64,000 bases of DNA from Selaginella moellendorffii (lineage: Eukaryota; Plantae; Lycopodiophyta), in the NCBI RefSeq assembly GCF_000143415.4, contig NW_003314316.1, positions 260,120 to 324,119 on the forward strand, given 5' to 3'. How positions within the stretch are numbered: position 1 is the first letter of the stretch; every line of letters begins with the position of its first letter. Below the pieces are notes generated by a model that did no database searches, was not told the DNA's origin, and saw only the letters and a program-made list of their open reading frames with translations. Shown here piece after piece: positions 56,851 through 64,000 of the stretch. Position numbers and translations under genes: made by a program.

Positions 56851-58188
56851 TGTAGCACATGTGATCATGGGATGAAATTTAGATATATTGTCACTGTGGA
56901 TCTTTGGAACCTTAGGGGATAAATGGGGATAAAATAGCCACTAAAGGCTCTCTCATTAAGCAATTGCCCCTTTTCCAGTTGGTTTAAGGGGGGAAAGATA
57001 GGGTGTATTACAATTGGTATTGAAGCAAATAGCACGGGTTTGATTCTCATTGATTAGTGGCTACTTAAAAATATAATATACCCTTGAGCAAGGTATATTT
57101 CTATCCATAAATTTGAAATCATATGTATTAGGCATCCATGCGTACATCCTTCCTTTTGTGTGGAGTATCCACGGACAAAAGTATCCACCGAGGGACTGTA
57201 GTATGGGTGGATGACTAGTTGCCTCACAAGGTATCCACCGTGGGACTGCAGTATGGGTGGATGACTAGTTGCCTCACATGGAATAACTAGTTTACACAAT
57301 GGAAGGATTAGTAGATTCTGTGCGAAAATGGAGGTATTGGTTCCCCTTGGCTCAATAGGGGTTGTTAATCAATAATCAATGAGGATATTGACATCTCTGA
57401 AGAGGGGGTAAGTGTAGCACATGTGATCATGGGATGAGATTTAGATATACTGTTACTGTAGATCCTTGAAACCTTGGGGGATAAATGGGGATAAAATAAC
57501 CATTAAGGACTCTCTCATCAAACAATTGCCCTTTTTCCAGTTGGCTTAAGAGGAGAGAGATAGTTTAGCACATGTGATCATGGGATGAGATTTGGATATA
57601 TTGTCACTGTGGATCCTTGGAACCTTAGGGGATAAATGGGGATAAAATAACTACTAAGGGTTCTCTCATCAAACAATTGCCCCTTTTTCAGTTGGCTTAA
57701 GGGGAGAGAGATAAGGTGTGTTATAATTGGTATCGGAGGAAATGGCACGGGTTTGATTCCCATTGATTAGTGGCTACTTAAAAATATAATATACCCTTAA
57801 GTAAGGTATATTCCTACCTCTAAATTTGAAATCATAAGTATTGGACATTCATACGTATGTCCTTCCTCTTGTGTGGTGTATCCACGAACGAAAGTATCCA
57901 CCGTGGGACTGCGGTATAGGTGGATGACTAGTTGCCTCACATGGAATAGTTGGTTTACACAATGAAAGGATTGGTAGATTGAGTGCGGAAATGGAGGTGC
58001 TAGTTCCCCTTGGCTCAGTAGGGGTTGTTAGTCAATAGTCAATGAGGACATTAACATCTCTGAAGGGGGGGTGAATGTAACACATAAATGGGGGATAAAT
58101 GGGGATAAAATAGCCACTAAAGGCTCTTTTATCAAGAAATTGCCCCTTTTCTAGTTGGCTTAAGAGGAGAGAGATAAGGTGCGTTACA
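56851..58188 (+). mobile_element. Tandem-array TRIM (LTR-int-LTR-LTR-int-LTR)
   Basis: ~160-bp TG...CA LTRs at 56851, 57413, ~57564 and 58076; PBS TGGTAT(C) after LTRs 1 and 3; PPT GAAG(A/G)GGGGG before LTRs 2 and 4; non-coding ~350-400-bp internal region. Confidence 0.85.
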
Positions 58189-61121
58189 GATAGGTGTGTT
58201 ACACCTAAGCCCCAATCTCAACCTCAAGTCAGTTTGTTAAGTCAATTTGGAAGCACCACTAAAGAGTTCCTTCAAGACTAGTTCCTAGACCTCACTATCC
58301 CTATTATATTTTGGAACCCCTTATAACTTACTTTGTCTATCCGACCAATACTGCCTTACCCTTAGTTAAATTCCCTTACCAAGGTTCTTGCCTATTGTAC
58401 TAGCTCCTATTTGGTCACCCATGCTAATTAGCTTACCTTTGGCACACTTTCGGGTCCTAATATATAATATTGCTCAATTTTTCAAATAGATTCTTTAATT
58501 AAGTACATAGAGTTCTACCTTGCAAAAATTCCTCCACTAGATCCCGCACGTTCACTAGATTTTCCTTTAGTTCCCATGTTACTTCATAGTGTGGAAATCC
58601 TTTCCACTTCACATGGAATTCCCTCACGTCGTGTCCTTGTCACTTACTCTTGTACGCATTAAAGATAGCTTTGACTTCGTATTCCTCTTCCCCTTAGATA
58701 ACTTTAGGTGAATGTTTTACTTAATCTTTGCAAAGTGGATCATCAAAGTATGGCTTAAGTAAGTTCACATAGAACATAGGGTGCATCCTCCCCATCTCTC
58801 AAGGAAGTTGGAGGCAGTAAACCACCTTACTGATTTGTGCCTCAATCTTGTAAGGCCCTGTGAACCTGTTTAAGGGACTCAAGATTAGTTCATTTCCAGG
58901 AATATATGCATTTTTACCTTTGGGTAAGCTTTCAACTGATCCCATTTGGTAGCCTTAGGATCTTGGTGTTCAGCCACACCTTCTCCCCAAGTTGGAACTC
59001 TACATCCTTCTGGTTCTTATACTTGGTTTGACTTTATTGAGCCTGTTCCAAGGAATCCCTCACTAGATTCCAAATGTTAAGTCTTTTCACCGTGAATGCC
59101 TCCACTGCGAGTAACTTTCCATAATACTCGGCCACACCAAGTTCTATAGGACTTTCAATAGCTCACCTATTGATGACTTCATATAGACTCACTTTGATAC
59201 TCAAGTGTGGTGAGTTGTTATACCACATTTCTGCAAGTCCCAAATGACTTACCTAATTTGTCTGGTCTCCAAAGACATAACATCACAAATAATCCTCTAA
59301 CTATTTATTCACCCTTTCTGTTTGTTCATCTGTCAAAAAATGTTAGTGCCATCACACTTGACTTAATACCCAATACCTGTCTGTGGGTGATAGATTGTGC
59401 TGAATTTTAACTTGGTGCGATACTGTTCCAGGAGAGTTTTCCAGAACCTACTAGTGAAGATCTTATCTTGATCTGAGATAATCTCTTCTGGCCTTCTCCA
59501 CACTCGAACCACTTATTCGAAGAAAAGCTTTCCCACACCTTTCGCATTCACTTCCATTATGGTGGGTATGAAATGTGCCATCTTAAAAAATTAGTCCACT
59601 ACCACAAATATTGCATCAAACCCTCACTTGGGGGGAGTCCTGTGATGAAGTCCATCGTAAGACATTTCCACAGACGATCTGGAATTGGGATACTTGTAAT
59701 AAGCCCCCGTTAGCCTTAGTCACAACTTTGATCTACTGACATGTTAAATATGTCTTTACATAGTCTTGGACATCCTTAGCCATATCTAACCAGTGATACT
59801 TCCTTTTAAGTAAACCCATCATCTTGGGCACTTCACTGTATCCCGCAAAAGGTCCATTATGACATTCTTCTAAAGTTACCTTCCTTAATTCCCCTTTTGG
59901 AACATACACCCTTGCTTGTTTATAATATATAAGTCTATTGCGTTCTACATAGCCTGTTTTCTTTTCTATTGGCAGCTCACCTCTTTTGTGAGCTTCCTGC
60001 ACCTTTTGGTTCCTGAGCAACACTTCTTGTGATAGACCATCATTTTTATATGCCATTTGCACATCATCCCAAAAAGTTGTTGTCATGTTAGATATCACTA
60101 ACTTCAAGCTCGCTTTTTGACTTAGAGCATCTACCACAATATTGTTCTTCCCAGGTTTACAGAATTTCACAATCAAACTCGGCTAAAGCATTGGCCCACC
60201 GACGTTGTTTCCCTCTTATGTCGGGTTGTGATAATAAGTGTTTCGTTGCCACATTATCCATGTAAACTTTGAAATGTCTCCCAAGGTAATTTTGCCACTC
60301 TTTGAGCACCTTGACCATTGCAAACAATTCCTTCTCGTGGGTATGCCATTTTCATTGAGCCTTGTCCAACTTCTTTAAAAAGAACACTACTGGATGGTTG
60401 TCTTGTTTCAAAACTGCACCCAACACAAAGTTTGAAGCATCTATTTCTACCTCAAAGTTTTTACCAAAGTTTGGTAATGCCAACATGGGAGCCTTCTTCA
60501 ACTTCCTTTTTAGGTGGACAAATGCCACCTCACATTCTACTGTCCATACCATCTTCCCTTTTCCCGTTTGGTCTGTTAAATGTAGGACTACTCTCAAATA
60601 GTGTTTGATAAACTTTCAATAGTAGTTGTATAGCCCCAAGAATGCCCTTACATGTACATTCGATGGTCATTCCCATTCCTGGATCGCTTGGACCTTCTTA
60701 GGGTTCACTTTGAGCCCGTCCTTGCCCACTACATGCCTGATAAATTTTACCTCTTGTTGAGCAAAGTCACATTTGCTTTCTTTAGCATATAGTTAGTATT
60801 CCCTTAGTTTCTCAAACACCTTCATCAAGTGTTTGGCATGCTCCTCTAGCGTCTCACTATAGATCAAGATGTCGTCAATGTAGACGACCACAAAATGATC
60901 TAAGTAGGGTACAAAAATGTGGTTTATCAGCACCGAGAATGTTGCTAGTGCATTGCACAGCCCAAAGGGCATCACGAAAAACTCAAAGCTTCCATACTTT
61001 GTCTAACAGGTTGTCTTCTTGACATCTTCCTTTGCTACTCTAATTTGGTAGTATCCTGACTTTAGATCGATCCTCGAGAAGTATTTCACATTTCCCAACC
61101 TATTGAACAGATCTTCAATCC

Positions 61122-61701
61122 TGTAAGCTCCTGAATTTGGACTTCCTGGGAGGTCACCCAGCCTAGTACTATTTAAACCCAGGGACGCTTAACCCTAAAT
61201 ATCCTAAGACCCTTAACCAATTGGAAAAAGAAGTGCACTCTTGTTCATGGGCCTTTTCCCTCTATATTTGAACTTCATGGATCGTCTCTTGAGTCGTTCC
61301 TTTTGGTTGCTTATAATCCACCACACTTCTCTGCAAGTTCACGCCCTCGTGAACAGAAGCTAAGAGCCGCAACTCTCCCGAGAGCCCCACTCTCTTGACA
61401 GCCTACCCCTCGGGAGCAAATTGGACTAGCTAGATGTCAATCAACATGTGGTGTGATTCCCCTAGCTAACCAACAAAGTCGGACATGAGACCCCCTCTGA
61501 TACCAAATGTAAGCTCTTGAATTTAGACTTCTCGAAAGGTCACCCAGCTTAATACTATTCAAACCCAAGGATGTTTAACCCCAAATATCCCAAGATCTTT
61601 AACCAATTGGAAAAGGGGGTGCACTCTTATTTATGGGCCCTTTCCCTTTATATTTGAACCCTATGGATCGTTTTTCGAGTCATTCCTTATGGTTACTTAC
61701 A
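61122..61701 (-). mobile_element. Cassandra-type TRIM with 5S-rRNA-derived LTRs, nested in the Gypsy RT
   Basis: 194-bp LTRs at 61122-61315 and 61508-61701; 5-bp TSD AATCC; Met PBS TGGTATCAGAG; PPT; LTR contains GTTAAGCGT..TGGG..AGTACTAGG.TGGGTGACCTCC..GGAAGTCC. Confidence 0.9.
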
Positions 61702-63667
61702 AATCCTTGGTAAAGGGTATTTGTTCTTCTTTGTATACTTGTTGAGCAACCGGTAGTCTATGCACATGCGTATAGATCCATCTTTCTTTTTCACGACTTG
61801 CTAAACCTAACATACCTTTTTTCCACCAACTCCTCAAGTTGGCATTTGAGCTCCTCGAGTTCCTTTTCGTTCAATCGATAAGGGGGACAAACCACCACCT
61901 TAGCACCCTCGACCAACTTGATCTTATGTTTTATCTTATGTTTAGGGGGTAATCCCGCCGATAGCTCCTCCGGCATGGTATTTTGGAATTAGTCTAACAC
62001 CCACTGAATCACTAAAGGTATTTCTTTTGTTCCCATCTTTTTGTTACTTATTATCGAGAGTAAGCATAAAAATGTTGTCTTGGTTCCTTTAGTGAGTTGT
62101 CCTCTCGTGGACACTAAGTTCAAGCAAAAGTCTTTAGCCTTACAATGCCCTAGCTTTAGAACCTAGGCTTCCACCCTGAATCGTTTTTCTCGGGCATTCA
62201 CCAATACCACAAGGTTCCTACCTTATCCATGTAGGGCTATCACAAACTGATTAAACTAATCCATGTCGAAGATTATGTTAAATCCCACCATGTCCAATAC
62301 AATGAAATCCAGATCTACTTTCCATGTCCCTACTTTGACTCTTGTTTGTCGAAGTACCTCATCGGTGCTTTGGCTACCTTGAACAAACTCTATAATCCTT
62401 AGCTACTACACCATTAGTCCAGATTGTTGGACTATGTCTATAGCCACAAAATTATCTGAAACACCTATGTCAATAAGGATCTTAATAAAGCTACTTCTAA
62501 GCTTCTCTCAAAGGGCTAGTAGATGTTGCGAACGACTCTCTACCAAAGTTGTTCGTGTAATGAGTAACTTTGAGTTAGGGACTAGATCACAAACCTCAGT
62601 TTAAATTTCACCTGACTTAATGACTATATTGGCTTTGGCCTTCTTTGGGTAGGGACATTCCTTTGAAAAGTGTCCCGCTTCACCACAGTTGAAGTATATA
62701 TTGTTTCCCATGCTACTAATAGACTTGACCTTCTTATTCGTGACTTTGTCCACGGATAAAAAACTCTTCTTGAATTTCCCTTTACCATATGTCCCCTTGG
62801 TTTGGCCCCTTTGCTAAATGTAGACCCTTACCCCATTGTGTTCCCCTTTTGCAGGTTATCATTGAAATGCATCTTGATAGCTACATCTAACACTTCCTTG
62901 TAGTTGGTTAGGTTCCAATGCATCACTTCATCATGAGCCTAGGTTTACAAGCTTGATATAAAGGCATGGAACACATCCATATCACCTATATCTATGACAA
63001 GTATCCTCTTTGCTATAAACGCATTCACATACTCTTGAATGGTTTTGGTTTGCTTCAACTTACTTAGCTTATCCCTTAGGTGCAGAGTAGCATTCAAAGG
63101 AATGTAGGTTGTGAAGATCCTCACCTTCATCATTTCCCAAGTGGCCACCAGTCCTTCGTTAACCTCTATTGTTCTCCACCAAAACTTAGCATTATTTGCC
63201 AAGTATGGTTTACATATGGGACCTTCTCCGAGCTCGGTAACCGCTCTATATCATAAAATTAGTCTTCCACCACTTTATAGTCATTCACTCCCTTGAAGAT
63301 TGGTGGGGGCTTTGATTTATACTTGGGAACTGTTTGAAAGACTGATTCCATTTCGGTTTGTTCGACCTTGTTTGGTTCCACCTTAGTCCCCGCTGAAGGG
63401 TCTACACTTTCTGCATTGCCAACATCTATAGTTTTTTGCTTTTTCTTCTGCTTCTTGTCACGCTTTAGCTTGCTTACGAGAGTCTCAAACAGAGTATTGG
63501 TCTATACCAATTATCCTTTTAGAACATTTAATCGAGCTTTGGATAACCAAACCTCACCACTAAACTTCTGTTTGGAAGTTTCCTCACTAGAGTCCTCCTC
63601 ATGCATCATCCCTAGCCTCTTGTTCGATTGGAGGCTCCAACTCTAGAGGTCTAAACCACGATCTGTA

Positions 63668-63931
63668 TTAGTATTCGGACTCGGTCTCGGACTTGATTTC
63701 AGACTCGATCTTAGACTCAACCTCAAACTCGATCTCGGACCCGACCTCGAACTCTATCTCAGACTTGATCTTGGACTCGGTCTCGGACCCGATCTCGGAT
63801 TTTGGTCTTAGTCTTGAACTTGGTCTCGGAGTTAGCCTTGAACTCGATCTTGACTCGGTTTCAAATTCGGTTTTAGAGTCGGTCTTGGACTTGATTTTGG
63901 ACTCAGTCTCATCTGATGAACTCTTTCTCAT
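63668..63931 (-). repeat. Imperfect 12/24-bp tandem repeat upstream of gag (SETESKIK-like when translated)
   Basis: Repeated gactcggtctcgga/cttgatc units. Confidence 0.6.
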
Positions 63932-64000
63932 TTTGGTCGTGCTTTCGAGGATCCTTTAGCCTTTGACACCTCAGGGAGTTAGTTCCTTACACATATGCGT

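Larger units (their letters stand above)
58540..64000 (-). mobile_element. Degenerate Ty3/Gypsy chromovirus (gag-PR-RT-RH-INT-chromodomain)
   Basis: gag (AKFWW..LSKLKQ); zinc knuckle CGEAGHFSKEC; RT ([17 protein letters not shown]); RNase H (DASNFVLGAVL); integrase HHCC; chromodomain EYEV...FHVKWKG; many stops. Confidence 0.92.

Noticed and set aside
56851-58188. Repeat array considered as CRISPR-like or satellite
   Set aside because: Units have TG...CA ends, PBS and PPT, so they are TRIM LTRs; the context is eukaryotic
61135-61200. 5S rRNA gene
   Set aside because: Only the internal promoter portion is present, duplicated within LTRs; it is part of the Cassandra-type element

Overview
Gene-dense eukaryotic plant DNA with very short introns (mostly about 45-100 bp) and one assembly gap. 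Intron size, compactness and gene content suggest a lycophyte such as Selaginella; this is an inference. From left to right the window holds: AT-rich spacer; F-box gene; TruA-type pseudouridine synthase; RPL19; NDR kinase; class II TCP; second NDR kinase; a roughly 27-kb locally duplicated block; Sec16-like; RPS24; DDX3/Ded1-like helicase; tRNA-Ser remnants; GH9 endoglucanase; fibrillin; and a decayed Ty3/Gypsy chromovirus with nested TRIMs. The duplicated block contains three alpha-1,6-fucosyltransferase-like (GT23/FUT8/NodZ-like) genes, two GH20 hexosaminidases, three PurM/AIR-synthetase units, HDA14, an SGNH/PC-esterase and a GT37 pseudogene. Four observations stand out. (1) A single-chain tandem PurM-PurM gene has two halves that lost complementary active-site motifs, suggesting an intramolecular pseudo-dimer with one active site; a fully degenerate but open stand-alone PurM paralog sits next to it. 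(2) These genes are embedded in a mirror-ordered FUT-HEX-[PurM]-HEX-FUT glycan-enzyme cluster. (3) A complete 580-bp Cassandra-type TRIM carrying 5S-rRNA promoter sequence in both LTRs, with a 5-bp TSD, is inserted in the Gypsy RT. (4) A mosaic pseudogene is stitched from neighbouring genes. All exon assignments were made by eye, and no database searches were run.
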